Part shown: positions 26,694 to 35,998 of the stretch, one piece after another
How positions within the stretch are numbered: position 1 is the stretch's first letter
Layout of the letters: each line of letters opens with the position of its first letter
DNA from: an uncultured Actinomycetes bacterium
GTDB lineage: Bacteria; Actinomycetota; Thermoleophilia; Gaiellales; Gaiellaceae
NCBI GenBank assembly: GCA_963831405.1
Contig: CAWHPX010000011.1
Coordinates: 29,148 to 93,147, forward strand
Direction: 5' to 3'
DNA length: 64,000 nucleotides
Made by a program: the position numbers and the translations under genes
Notes under the pieces: model-generated
Database searches by the model: none
Seen by the model: only the letters and a program-made list of their open reading frames with translations
What the model was told of the DNA's origin: nothing

Positions 26694-28180
26694 TGCAGCC
26701 TCCGGACGTAGAGCCAGGCGTCGCTCAGGCCGAGCGAGCGCGTCGCGTAGACGATCGTCCCGTACACGAGCACGCCGAGGAGCGCGGCCGGTACCGGCGA
26801 GAGCGCGAGCGAGAGCCCGCCGAAGGCGAGCGCGCTCGCGACGCCGATCGCGAACGCGAGCCGCGCGAGTCCGAGCGCCGCGATCGCAAGCGCCCGTGTC
26901 GACACCGCGGCCATCAGGCCGAGCATGACGACGAGCGTCGCCAGGCCGATCGCGACGGCGACGCCGGGCAGGCCCCAGGCGGCGCGCAGGCCGAGCCCGA
27001 GCGGGATGCAGAGCCCGAAGCCGGCGAGGGCGAGCGGCACGAGCACGGTCCGGCGGCCGGCGACGAAGACGAGCGGGAAGGTGACCGCGAATCCGACCCA
27101 CGCGATCATCCACGGCGAGAGATAGACGACGAGATGGCCGAGGTCGCGCCCGACGGCGCCGCTGTAGGCGTCGCCGAGCACGAACTGGACGATCCGCCCG
27201 CCGACGAGGGCGAAGACGCCCGTCGCCGCGCCGACGATCGAGAGGCTCACCCAGCCCGCGTGCACGACGTGGCGGCCGGCCGCCTCCGGGTCGAGGCCCC
27301 GGCGGGTCAGAGGCGCCGACGAGATGAGCCCGAGGGAGAACGCGGTCGCTCCGACGAGCGTCGACGCCGCGAGATACGCGTACGAGAAGCTCGTGACGCT
27401 GCCGACGCCGAGCTTCGCGGCGAAGCGCAGCGCGAGCAGGTAGCACCCCTGCAGCGCGAGCGGGACGGCGGCGCCTTCCAGCAGCCGCCACAGGCGAGGC
27501 AGGATGTCGAACCGGTGCGGCGCCTCCCCGGCGAGCGCCCGCTTGCGGACGAGCGCGGCGACGGGGATCGCGAGCGCAACGAGAGCGTTCGCCGCGAGCC
27601 CCCACGCGAGCGCGACGATCCCCTTCGTGTCGGCGAGGGCGGCGAAGACCGCGAGGCCCGTGATTCCCCCGAGGGCGAAGCCTCCTGCCGCCGTCCCGTA
27701 GCTGTCGATCGCGGCGAGCGCGCTCGCGGCGAGGGCGGCGAGGAGCTGCACGAACGCCGCGGGGACGAGGATCGCGAGGGCGCGGCCCGCGATGTCGGCT
27801 GCGCGCGGCGGCAGGTCGCCCGTGATCAGGTCGCCGAGCGGTGCGGAGAACACCGCGACGAGCACGGATACGGGCACCGCGAGCGCGAGGAAGGCAAGGG
27901 CGTAGGCGCGGCTCTCGGCGCCGAGCCTTCCGTCGGCGGCCGCCCGCGTCAGGTCGGGTACGACGACCATCCGGAACGCCTGCGCGGCGAGCACGAGCAC
28001 GAGATAGACGCCGTACGCGCCGAGGAAGCCGTCGGTCTCCGCGTTTCGCCCGAACTTCTGCGCGAGGAGCGCCCCGGCGCCCGCTGCGGCGAGCGCGAGC
28101 ACGACCTGGGCGAGGCCGGTGAGCGCGCCGCTGCGAAGCGCGCTCGGCGTTCGGAGGGTGTTTCGGTTCGCGAGAGCCAT
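26690..28180 (-). CDS. MurJ/MviN-family (MOP superfamily) lipid-linked glycan flippase
   Basis: 496 aa with about 14 TM segments. The N-terminal [20 protein letters not shown]...VVVPDL follows the MurJ pattern. Confidence 0.75.
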   Translation of the reverse strand: MALANRNTLRTPSALRSGALTGLAQVVLALAAAGAGALLAQKFGRNAETDGFLGAYGVYLVLVLAAQAFRMVVVPDLTRAAADGRLGAESRAYALAFLALAVPVSVLVAVFSAPLGDLITGDLPPRAADIAGRALAILVPAAFVQLLAALAASALAAIDSYGTAAGGFALGGITGLAVFAALADTKGIVALAWGLAANALVALAIPVAALVRKRALAGEAPHRFDILPRLWRLLEGAAVPLALQGCYLLALRFAAKLGVGSVTSFSYAYLAASTLVGATAFSLGLISSAPLTRRGLDPEAAGRHVVHAGWVSLSIVGAATGVFALVGGRIVQFVLGDAYSGAVGRDLGHLVVYLSPWMIAWVGFAVTFPLVFVAGRRTVLVPLALAGFGLCIPLGLGLRAAWGLPGVAVAIGLATLVVMLGLMAAVSTRALAIAALGLARLAFAIGVASALAFGGLSLALSPVPAALLGVLVYGTIVYATRSLGLSDAWLYVRRLH

Positions 28181-28194
28181 CGTTGCGCCGACGC

Positions 28195-28201
28195 TACTCT
28201 A
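28195..28201. promoter_or_regulatory. overlapping divergent -10 boxes (TACTCT plus strand for fcl; TAGAGT minus strand for the MurJ-like operon)
   Basis: The plus-strand hexamer 28195-28200 is 6 nt from GTG 28207. The minus-strand hexamer 28201-28196 is 15 nt from ATG 28180. Confidence 0.35.
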
Positions 28202-28206
28202 GGCGG

Positions 28207-29142
28207 GTGCGCGTGTTGATCACCGGGGGCGGCGGCTTCCTCGGTTCGCATCTCGCCGACCGCGTGCGCCGCGACGGGATCGAGCCCTTCGTCGCCCGCC
28301 GCCGCGACTACGACCTGACGAGAGCCGAGGACGTCGCCCGCCTCTTCGCCGCTGCCCGGCCCGAGCTCGTCATCCACCTCGCCGCGGAGGTCGGCGGCAT
28401 CGGCGCGAACCGCGCGAATCCCGGTCGCTACTGGTACGCGAACCTGATGATGGGTGCGCACGTCCTCGAGCAGAGCCGGGAGAGCGGCGCGGCGAAGCTC
28501 GTCATCCTCGGGACGATCTGCGCCTATCCGAAGTTCGCACCCGTCCCGTTCAAGGAGGACGATCTCTGGGACGGCTACCCCGAGGAGACGAACGCGCCGT
28601 ACGGGATCGCGAAGAAGTCGCTCCTCGTGGGCGCGCAGAGCTACCGCGAGCAGTACGGCCTCGACTCGATCTACCTCCTGCCGGTCAACCTGTACGGCCC
28701 GCGCGACAACTTCGACCTCGAGACCTCGCACGTGATTCCGGCGTTGATCCGGAAGATGGTCGAGGCCGGCCGGCGCGGCGAGTCGGAGATCGTCCTGTGG
28801 GGCGACGGGTCGCCGACCCGCGAGTTCCTCTACGTCGACGACTGCGCCGAGGGGATCTGGCTCGCCGCGAGGAAGTTCGACGGCCCGCAGCCGGTCAACC
28901 TCGGCACGGGCGAGGAGATCGCGATCCGCGACCTCGCCGAGCTGATCGGCGAGCTGACCGGGTTCGAGGGCGAGATCGTCTGGGACACCTCGAAGCCCAA
29001 CGGCCAGCCGAGGCGCAAGCTCGACACCTCGCGGGCCGAGCAGCTCTTCGGCTTTCGCGCGCACACGACGCTGCGCGACGGGCTCGAGCGGACGATCGAG
29101 TGGTATCGCAGCCACCGGACGTCCGAAGCGATCGCCGGATGA
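28207..29142 (+). CDS. fcl: GDP-L-fucose synthase (GDP-4-keto-6-deoxy-D-mannose 3,5-epimerase/4-reductase)
   Basis: [34 protein letters not shown] (YxxxK), [10 protein letters not shown] and [15 protein letters not shown]. Start preferred at GTG 28207 (the track ORF begins at TTG 28183). Confidence 0.88.
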   Translation: MRVLITGGGGFLGSHLADRVRRDGIEPFVARRRDYDLTRAEDVARLFAAARPELVIHLAAEVGGIGANRANPGRYWYANLMMGAHVLEQSRESGAAKLVILGTICAYPKFAPVPFKEDDLWDGYPEETNAPYGIAKKSLLVGAQSYREQYGLDSIYLLPVNLYGPRDNFDLETSHVIPALIRKMVEAGRRGESEIVLWGDGSPTREFLYVDDCAEGIWLAARKFDGPQPVNLGTGEEIAIRDLAELIGELTGFEGEIVWDTSKPNGQPRRKLDTSRAEQLFGFRAHTTLRDGLERTIEWYRSHRTSEAIAG

Positions 29143-30830
29143 CGACCTACGCGATCGAGCAGGGCCGCCGCGCCTGGGAGGGGCTTCGGCAGGCACGCAC
29201 GCGCATCGAGGCGGTGCGCCCTGCGGCGATCCTCGTGCCCGCGATCGTCGTCCAGTGGCTCGCGACGCTCGCGCTCGCGCTCGTCGTGCGCCACAACGGC
29301 TGGCTCTTCTACCAGGGAGGCGACCAGCTCTGGTACTGGGTCAGCGGCCGGATGCTCGCGCACGGGGAGCTGCCGATGACGCTCGTCGGCCACGGCTGGC
29401 CCGCCATCCTCGCGCCGTTCACCGCCTTCGGCGGCCCGACGGTCGTGCCTGCACTGCCCGGGGTCCTGCTCCTCAACGTCCTCGTGCTCGGCCCCGTCGC
29501 GCTCCTCGCGATGTACGGGATCGGCAAGCAGATCGGCGGCAGGGTTTTCGGATACTGGGTGACCGCGCTGTGGCTCGTCGTGCCGTTCATCGGCATCAAG
29601 TACACCGACCATCTCTACCACCAGCGCTACACCGAGCTGACGCTGCCGCAGTCCTTCGGGCTGACGGCGCTCGCCGATTACCCGTCGACGGTGGCCGTCC
29701 TCGTCTGCGTCTACTTCGCGCTGCGCGTCATCGAGCGCCCCGACACGATCGACGCTCTGGCCGCGGGGCTCGCGGCAGGGACCGCGATCGCGATCAAGCC
29801 GGCGAACTCGGTCTTCCTGGCCGGCGTGCTGCTCGGGTTGGCCTACCGGCGCCGTGCCGCCGGCGCTGCTCTCGTCCTCGCGGGGCTCGCTCCCGCCGTC
29901 CTGACGCTCGCGCTCTGGAAGTACCGGGGCCTCGGCCACCTGCCGCTCTTCCAGTCGAGCGGCCTGCGCGTGCTCGCCGCCGGCGCCCACCAGCAGGTCG
30001 CCGCCTTCAACCCGCTGCACAAGTACATCCACCTCGACTGGCATCACCTGAACCTGCAGCTGCAGGGGATCAAGGAGCACTTCTGGAGCCTGCGCGTCAT
30101 CGAATGGCTCGTGATCGCCGGCCTCGTCGGCCTCGGCCGCCGCTCGGTCACGCTCCTGCTCGTCGTCGGCGGCTGGTTCGCGGCGTTCGTCCTGACCAAG
30201 GGCACGTACGCCCATGCGAACATCGACGACGCGAGCCTCTTCCGGCTGATGATGCCGGCCTATCCCGCCTTCGTCCTGCTGCTCGCCGGGCTCGTGTACC
30301 TCGTGCCCGGGCCGCGGCGCGCACCCCTTGCCCCGCCGGAGCCGGCGGGGCCCGAGGCGCGCCGCCGCCGGCTCGCGCTCGTCGCCGCCGCAGCGGCGGT
30401 GTTCGCGCTCTACCCGCTGGCGCTCGTCGCGGCGGCTTCTCCTGCTCACGGCCCGAACCCTCGTGCGTACCTCGTGGAGGGCGTCCCCCGGAGCGTCGAC
30501 CCGGCGCTCCGGCTGAGCGCGAGCACGACCGGCGGTCGCGTCCGGCTGACCTGGCGCGCGTCGCAACCGGCTGGCACGGCGGTCTTCTACCGCGTCTGGC
30601 GCAGCAAGGCGCGAGACGGAGGCGCGAGCTGCGTGCCGGTCTCCGGCGGCACGGACAACTGCGAGCTCACGATGACGGACGCCGGCGCGCACGGCGGCGG
30701 ACGTTTCGTCGACACGCCCGGGCCGGGGCGCTGGACGTACCGGCTCGCACTCGCCGCGAACTGGCTCGACAGCCCGCTCTACGGAGACGTCTACTCCGTC
30801 GGGCCGCCGGTCGCGGTCCGCGTTCCCTGA
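29139..30830 (+). CDS. GT-C-like polytopic membrane glycosyltransferase candidate with a C-terminal Ig/Fn3-like domain
   Basis: The ATG overlaps the fcl stop (ATGA). About 11 TM segments. C-terminal soluble ~110 aa ([23 protein letters not shown]...[13 protein letters not shown]). 563 aa. Confidence 0.6.
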   Translation: MTTYAIEQGRRAWEGLRQARTRIEAVRPAAILVPAIVVQWLATLALALVVRHNGWLFYQGGDQLWYWVSGRMLAHGELPMTLVGHGWPAILAPFTAFGGPTVVPALPGVLLLNVLVLGPVALLAMYGIGKQIGGRVFGYWVTALWLVVPFIGIKYTDHLYHQRYTELTLPQSFGLTALADYPSTVAVLVCVYFALRVIERPDTIDALAAGLAAGTAIAIKPANSVFLAGVLLGLAYRRRAAGAALVLAGLAPAVLTLALWKYRGLGHLPLFQSSGLRVLAAGAHQQVAAFNPLHKYIHLDWHHLNLQLQGIKEHFWSLRVIEWLVIAGLVGLGRRSVTLLLVVGGWFAAFVLTKGTYAHANIDDASLFRLMMPAYPAFVLLLAGLVYLVPGPRRAPLAPPEPAGPEARRRRLALVAAAAAVFALYPLALVAAASPAHGPNPRAYLVEGVPRSVDPALRLSASTTGGRVRLTWRASQPAGTAVFYRVWRSKARDGGASCVPVSGGTDNCELTMTDAGAHGGGRFVDTPGPGRWTYRLALAANWLDSPLYGDVYSVGPPVAVRVP

Positions 30831-30837
30831 CCTCGGC

Positions 30838-31188
30838 TCAGGCGTCCACGCGCTGCTCGGCCTCGAGCAGTGCGAGGCGCTGCGCGAGCAGGACGTTCTG
30901 ATCCGAGAGCCGTGAGATCACGGTCGAGTAGTGGAGCAGCACGGCGAGGATAAAGAGGAGGCCGACGGCGAAGAGCACGGCGGGCGGGTAGCTCCGCACC
31001 CCGAGCCAGCCCGCGATCGTGTTCAGCCCGTCGCGCCACGCCGAGAGCACGGTCAGCGCGACTCCCGTCGCGAGCCAGAGGAGCGCGTAGCGCTCGCGGA
31101 GGCGCCGGCTGCGGATCAGCTCGAGCACGACGAGCACGAGCGCGAAGGACGCAACGGCGCCGGCGATCGAGACGGCAAGCGGTGTCAT
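30838..31188 (-). CDS. small membrane protein, DUF2304-like partner of the polyprenyl-phosphate glycosyltransferase
   Basis: 116 aa with 3-4 TM segments and a short C-terminal helix (DQNVLLAQRLALLEAE). Immediately downstream of, and ATGA-coupled to, a Dpm1/GtrB-like GT2, which is the usual DUF2304 context. Confidence 0.6.
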   Translation of the reverse strand: MTPLAVSIAGAVASFALVLVVLELIRSRRLRERYALLWLATGVALTVLSAWRDGLNTIAGWLGVRSYPPAVLFAVGLLFILAVLLHYSTVISRLSDQNVLLAQRLALLEAEQRVDA

Positions 31189-31970
31189 TCGGATCCCTCC
31201 CGTGGGACGACGTCGCGGCGAAAGAGGCCGACGAAGATCGCGAGCAGCACTTTCACCATGTAGTAGATCGAACGAAGAGCGGTGATCGACGACCGGCCGG
31301 CGCCGCGCTCGCGCATCTCGACCGGTACCTCGGTGAGCCGCAGACGGTGGCGAAAGACCATCACCATCGCCTCGACCTCGGGGTAGTCGTGCGGGTAGTC
31401 GCGGGCGAAGAGCGCGATCCCTTCGCGGTTCAATGCCTGGAAGCCCGAGGTCGTGTCGGTCACGCGCTGGCCGACGATGCGCGAGACGACGACTGCGAGA
31501 AGCCGGATGCCGAGGCGCCGCGTCCGCGAGGACCGGTAGCCGTTCTTGCCGAGCTCGGCGAAGCGCGAGCCCACTGCGATGTCCGCCTCGCCGCCGAGCA
31601 CGGGCTCGAGCACGCGGCCGAGTTGCGAAGGATCGTGCTGGCCGTCGCCGTCGACGCGCACGGCGACGTCGTAGTCGTTCTCGAACGCGAACCGGAAGCC
31701 GGTCTGCACGGCACCGCCGATCCCGAGGTTGAAGGGGAGCCGCAGCACGCGGGCGCCCTTCGCCGCGGCCGCCTGCGAGGTGCCGTCGAGCGAGCCGTCG
31801 TCGACGACGACGACGTCGAGCCCGGGATCGAACGCGAGCAGCTCGTCGATCACCCTGCCGATCGAGTGCTCCTCGTTCAGGGCCGGGACGATCGCGACGC
31901 GGCGGAGCTCTCGCAGGCGCGGATCGACGGTCACCCGGGGGACCGTAACGTCAGAGGAAGACGCGAGCAC
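31185..31970 (-). CDS. GT2 polyprenyl-phosphate sugar synthase (Dpm1/GtrB/Ppm1-like)
   Basis: VAIVPALNEEHSIGRVI, VVVVDDGSLDGT, VRVDGDGQHDP and TDTTSGFQALNR match the dolichyl/undecaprenyl-phosphate glycosyltransferase pattern. The start is uncertain (GTG 31970 or GTG 31934). Confidence 0.8.
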   Translation of the reverse strand: MLASSSDVTVPRVTVDPRLRELRRVAIVPALNEEHSIGRVIDELLAFDPGLDVVVVDDGSLDGTSQAAAAKGARVLRLPFNLGIGGAVQTGFRFAFENDYDVAVRVDGDGQHDPSQLGRVLEPVLGGEADIAVGSRFAELGKNGYRSSRTRRLGIRLLAVVVSRIVGQRVTDTTSGFQALNREGIALFARDYPHDYPEVEAMVMVFRHRLRLTEVPVEMRERGAGRSSITALRSIYYMVKVLLAIFVGLFRRDVVPREGSE

Positions 31971-32943
31971 CCCGCCACCAGGCCGAGACGGCGCTGTTCG
32001 CGGCCGCGAGCCCGGCCGGCAGCTCGAGCATCCGCGGGTCGAGGACCGGCGTGAGGAAGCGCGCGAGCTCCGCGTCGGGCACCCGCCGCAGCCGCTGGAC
32101 CGTGCGCCGCCGCCCGGCGAGCCACGCGCGGTTGCGGAGGAGCCACGCCCAGCCGCGCAGCTTCTCGCGCGCCCAGCCCTGACGCCAGGCGAGCAGGACG
32201 AGGCCGAGCTCGACGGCGAGGAGCACCGGGGCGAGGAGGAGCAGGAGCCGCGCCGAGAACGCCGTCGCGACGAAGATCAGCCGGTTCCGCTCGAGGTAGT
32301 ACTCCTTTCGGCGGTCGGCCCGCTCGAGCACGTAGTCGTGCAGGACGTCCGCGGCGGGGTCGACGACGACCCGCAGCCCCCGCAGGCGCGCGCGCCAGCA
32401 GAGCTCGAGATCCTCCTGGTACAGGAAGAGCTCCTCGGTGAAGCCGCCGAGCTCGCGGAACAGGTCGGCGCGGACGGCGAGCGCCGCGCCGCTTGCGTAG
32501 GGGATGTCGCGGACGGCGTCGACCGCGTCCGCCGGGTCGCCGTAGCCGCCCGGCCAGGCGAGCCCGCTGACATGCACCACGTTCCCGCTCGAGTTGAGCT
32601 TGCCGGGGTCGTCGAGCAGCCGCAACCGCGCCTGCACGACCCCGATCGACGGATCCTCGAGCCGGCGCGCAAGCGCGTCCACCGCGCCCGCCTGCGCGAC
32701 CGTGTCGGGATTGAGGAAGACGAGGACCTCGGCATCCGTCTCGCGCGCGCCGCGATTGCAGCCCGCGCCGAAGCCGTCGTTGCGCGACTGCAACACCCGG
32801 GCGCGTCCCTGCGCGGCGTCGATCTCCGGGCCGTCACCGCCGTTGTTCACGACGACGACGTCCTGGCCCTCGAGGGAGTCGAGGCAGCGGGTCAGGGCGT
32901 CACCGCTCCGGAACGCGACCACGATGACGCAGGCGGACGGCAC
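31951..32943 (-). CDS. GT2 glycosyltransferase (rhamnosyltransferase/WbbL-like) with a C-terminal membrane-associated tail
   Basis: CVIVVAFRSGDAL, NDGFGAGCNRG, FLNPD, ASGAALAVRADLFRELGGFTEELFLYQEDLELCWR. Confidence 0.8.
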   Translation of the reverse strand: MPSACVIVVAFRSGDALTRCLDSLEGQDVVVVNNGGDGPEIDAAQGRARVLQSRNDGFGAGCNRGARETDAEVLVFLNPDTVAQAGAVDALARRLEDPSIGVVQARLRLLDDPGKLNSSGNVVHVSGLAWPGGYGDPADAVDAVRDIPYASGAALAVRADLFRELGGFTEELFLYQEDLELCWRARLRGLRVVVDPAADVLHDYVLERADRRKEYYLERNRLIFVATAFSARLLLLLAPVLLAVELGLVLLAWRQGWAREKLRGWAWLLRNRAWLAGRRRTVQRLRRVPDAELARFLTPVLDPRMLELPAGLAAANSAVSAWWRGARVFL

Positions 32944-32987
32944 GCGGCAAGTCTGCAGGCCGTGCGTGAAGAAAGCGTTACGACAAG

Positions 32988-33707
32988 CTAGGCCGGGCGG
33001 CGCGCGCGCACCCGGACGACCTCGCCGAGCCGATGAAGGAGCGGGACCGTGCCGAGATAGCGGTCGACCCGGTCGCCGAGCGCCCAGATGCTCGGGGACG
33101 GCGCCGTCGCGCGTCGCAGCACACGCATGGCGATCCGGAAGCCGCGCGCCTCCTCGAGCTCGAGCCCCGCGTCGGCGATCCGCCGCAGCAGCCAGCTGCG
33201 GGGGAGCAGGAACTCGTGCGGGTCGCCGGGGAGCGGGATGCCCCCGCGGCGCGCGCGCAAGGAGACCGGCTCGAACGCGAAGAGCCGGCCGCCGGGCCGG
33301 AGGACGCGCGCGGCCTCGCGCAGCGCCGGCAGCGGGTCCGGAACGTGGTGCAGCGCCGCGACGAAGAGCACCGCATCGAAGCTCTCGGAGTCGAACGGCA
33401 GCGCCTCCATGTCGCCGACGACGTTCTCGGCGAGGAGCGGATCCTCGTTGCGGATGGCGACGAGCGCCTCGCTGATGTCGAGACCGACGATCTGCAGCGG
33501 CTTCGCCCGGACAAGGAGCGACGCGTAGCTGCCTGCGCCGCCGGCGATGTCGGCCACCCTGTCTCCGTCCTCGAGGTGACGGAGCAGCCAGCCGACGAGG
33601 AGACCGGTCGCGTTGAGCTTCGACGGCTCGACCGCGAAGCGCGCGCGGTCGTCGATGCGATTGCCGTTCGAGTACGCGCGGTTGGCCACCTTGTCGCCGC
33701 GCTGCAC
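32988..33707 (-). CDS. class I SAM-dependent methyltransferase
   Basis: VADIAGGAGSYA (motif I), IVGLDISE, DAVLFVAALHHVPD and LRPGGRLFAFEP. Confidence 0.8.
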   Translation of the reverse strand: MQRGDKVANRAYSNGNRIDDRARFAVEPSKLNATGLLVGWLLRHLEDGDRVADIAGGAGSYASLLVRAKPLQIVGLDISEALVAIRNEDPLLAENVVGDMEALPFDSESFDAVLFVAALHHVPDPLPALREAARVLRPGGRLFAFEPVSLRARRGGIPLPGDPHEFLLPRSWLLRRIADAGLELEEARGFRIAMRVLRRATAPSPSIWALGDRVDRYLGTVPLLHRLGEVVRVRARRPA

Positions 33708-33750
33708 CGCGCGAATATATTCCGGTCGCGGCGCGGTTGTCCAGGCCCGG

Positions 33751-35268
33751 CTAGTACGCGCCGCGGCGCGCGAGCACGGCCGGCAGCGTCTTCACGAGGA
33801 TCGAGATGTCGAGCCAGATCGACCAGTTCTCGAGGTAGTAGAAGTCGAGCCGGACGAGGTCGTCGAAGGTCAGCTCGATCCGGCCGGACACCTGCCAGAG
33901 GCCGGTCATCCCCGGCAGCACGAGGTAGCGCTTTCGATGCCAGTCCTCGAGCTGGACGAAGTCGCGCAACGGCAGGGGCCGCGGCCCGACGAGCGACATC
34001 TCGCCGCGCAGCACGTTCAGCACCTGCGGCAGCTCGTCGATCGAGTACCTGCGCATGAAGCGCCCGATGCGCGTCACCCTCGGGTCGTCCTTGATCTTGA
34101 AGAGCGGCCCCGACGCCTCGTTCGACGACTCGAGCCCCGCCTGGCGCGCGCCCGCATCGACGTACATCGAGCGGAACTTGAACATCCCGAACTCCTGCTC
34201 GCCGAGGCCGACGCGGCGGTCGCGATAGAACACCGGGCCGTGCGAGTCGAGCTTGACCGCCAGGGCGATGAGCACCCACGCGGGAGCCGCGAGCGCGATG
34301 AGGAGGCCGCTCACGGCGAGGTCGAAGCCGCGCTTGATCGTCCAGTCGAGCCCCGCGAAGACGGGCGGCCGCAGCTCGAAGAGCGGGACGCCCTGCCCGG
34401 GGACGTACTCCGCCCGCTGCGTCAGGAGCTCGGTCGTCGTCGGCGCGAGCCGAACCCTCACGCCCGAGCGGTGGGCGCGCTCGACGAGATCGAGAAACGC
34501 GTCGTCGGTGAGGTCGAGGCCGCTGACGATGAGCTCGTCCGGCCGGAGCCGGTCGAGGACGTCGGGGAGGTCGGCCACCCGGCCGAGCACCTCGATCCCG
34601 GCCTCGCCGCCGTCGGACACGACCGCGCCGAGGAACTCGTAGTCGATTCCGCCGCGTCCGTGCCCGAGCGCGCGGCGCAGGTCGACGAGGCGCTCGCCCG
34701 ACCCGAGGAGCACGGCGCGCCGCCGCACGCCGGCAAGACGCCACATGTCGCGGGTCACGAGCTCGTAGGCGGCACGCAGGCCGCCGACCACGAGCACCGA
34801 GAGGACGAAGGCCGTGATGTAGAGGCCGAACGTCGTGTGCTGGTAGCCGGTGCCCACGGCGAACGCCAGCGTGATCACGGTCACGAGGAGGAGCGAGGAC
34901 ACGACGCGCCCCGCACCGGCGCGCCGCTCGCGCGGCGCGTACAGGCCGCCGCGCCAGAACACGAGCACCGTCACGAGCACGAGGAACGGCAGCCACTCGG
35001 TCTCGGCCTTCCAGGGGAGCCCCCAGAGCACGGGCCGCTCGCCGTAGTAGAGCTCGCGCAGCACGAGTGCGATGTAGAGCGCGCCGGCGATGCCGCCGAC
35101 GTCGATCACGACGAGCGCGGCGATGCTGATCAGACGGCGCAGAAGCGCGCGCAGCTGGAGCGTCGAGGGCAGCACCCGCCCGCGGCGGATGTCCTCGGTC
35201 GCGCCGTAGGCGTCCTGCGGACCACCGCTTTCCTGCGAGTCGGTGCGAACAAGGGGCTTGGTCGCCAC
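33751..35268 (-). CDS. polyprenyl glycosylphosphotransferase (WbaP/exopolysaccharide-type bacterial sugar transferase, long form)
   Basis: N-terminal TM bundle, CoA-binding-like middle (AVLLGSGERLVDL...ELIVSGLD) and a C-terminal catalytic domain (KRGFDL, MFKFRSM, DELPQVLNVLRGEMSLVGPRP). GTG start. Confidence 0.88.
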   Translation of the reverse strand: MATKPLVRTDSQESGGPQDAYGATEDIRRGRVLPSTLQLRALLRRLISIAALVVIDVGGIAGALYIALVLRELYYGERPVLWGLPWKAETEWLPFLVLVTVLVFWRGGLYAPRERRAGAGRVVSSLLLVTVITLAFAVGTGYQHTTFGLYITAFVLSVLVVGGLRAAYELVTRDMWRLAGVRRRAVLLGSGERLVDLRRALGHGRGGIDYEFLGAVVSDGGEAGIEVLGRVADLPDVLDRLRPDELIVSGLDLTDDAFLDLVERAHRSGVRVRLAPTTTELLTQRAEYVPGQGVPLFELRPPVFAGLDWTIKRGFDLAVSGLLIALAAPAWVLIALAVKLDSHGPVFYRDRRVGLGEQEFGMFKFRSMYVDAGARQAGLESSNEASGPLFKIKDDPRVTRIGRFMRRYSIDELPQVLNVLRGEMSLVGPRPLPLRDFVQLEDWHRKRYLVLPGMTGLWQVSGRIELTFDDLVRLDFYYLENWSIWLDISILVKTLPAVLARRGAY

Positions 35269-35278
35269 GTGGGGCGGA

Positions 35279-35284
35279 AGTCTA
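35279..35284 (-). promoter_or_regulatory. candidate -10 hexamer (TAGACT on the minus strand) upstream of the WbaP-like gene
   Basis: TANNNT lies 10 nt upstream of GTG 35268. Confidence 0.3.
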
Positions 35285-35324
35285 CTCGGCTCCCTTCGGC
35301 CCGACCGCCGGGAGTCCGGCGTTT

Positions 35325-35413
35325 CACAGCGGGGTCAGACCCTCAGGGTCTGACCCGGCCGTCGAGGGTCTGCCACAGCGGGGTCAGACCCTTAGGGTCT
35401 GACCCCGCCGTCG
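35325..35413. repeat. tandem duplication (period 49 nt) of a ~40-nt palindromic element, each forming an 11-12 bp GC-rich hairpin (GGGTCAGACCC-N3-GGGTCTGACCC)
   Basis: Copy A is 35325-35364 (hairpin 35332-35356). Copy B is 35374-35413 (hairpin 35380-35406). The two copies differ at 2 positions, and an extra GGGTCTG half-site lies between them. The element sits between the stop of 35384-35998 and the WbaP-like start. It could be a U-tract-less terminator or an operator array. Confidence 0.8.
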
Positions 35414-35998
35414 CCCGAGAACGCTCAGCGAGGCGCGCAGCACGACCCGTCGCACCGGGTCGAGCAGGTCGTAGTCGTGGAAGTACGCGTGCACGTACGG
35501 CGGCAGCGGCTGCAGCGAGCCTCGTGCAAGCTCGCCGAGTGAGTGGGTCGTCGGCAGGACGCCGTCGCTCGGCGCGGCATGGCGGATCGTGCAGTCGACG
35601 AGCCCCAGGTCGCGCACCGTCTCCCGGACGGCGTCGTCGGTGTACCAGCCGCCGCCGCAGAAGAACTGCGGCTCGAGCCCGTGCGCGCGCATCCAGTCCG
35701 CCTCGCGGCGGACGCGCCCGGCCGGATCGCCGCCCGACGGACGCGCATGGGTCGGGCTCGTCCAGTGGGTGTGCAACCCGAACGGCGCACGTGACGCGGC
35801 GGCCCGCGCGCGCTCGAGCCAGCGCTCCTCGTCCTCGCCGTAGGCAGTGTCGGGCGGCCGCATCAACGCGATCACGTCGAAGCCGCCGGGGCGGCTTCGC
35901 TGCAGCTCGTCGAAGCGCCGCCACACGGCATCGTCGAGCGGCCGCTCGACGTGGCAGGAGACGATCGCAGCAGGGGAGCTAGGCACACTGTGGCGCAT
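35384..35998 (-). CDS. hypothetical protein (possibly deacetylase/glycoside-hydrolase-like barrel fold)
   Basis: 204-aa ORF with protein-like composition (HVERPLDD..., GLHTHW, FFCGGGWYTDD). Its last 9 codons and stop are encoded by palindromic repeat copy B. The annotated start overlaps the divergent asnB-like ATG, so the true start may lie further in. Confidence 0.5.
   Translation of the reverse strand: MRHSVPSSPAAIVSCHVERPLDDAVWRRFDELQRSRPGGFDVIALMRPPDTAYGEDEERWLERARAAASRAPFGLHTHWTSPTHARPSGGDPAGRVRREADWMRAHGLEPQFFCGGGWYTDDAVRETVRDLGLVDCTIRHAAPSDGVLPTTHSLGELARGSLQPLPPYVHAYFHDYDLLDPVRRVVLRASLSVLGRRRGQTLRV

Noticed and set aside
35325-35413. CRISPR array.
   Set aside because: There are only two repeat copies. 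The spacer is 9 nt, no cas genes are present, and the repeat is itself a perfect palindrome overlapping a CDS end.
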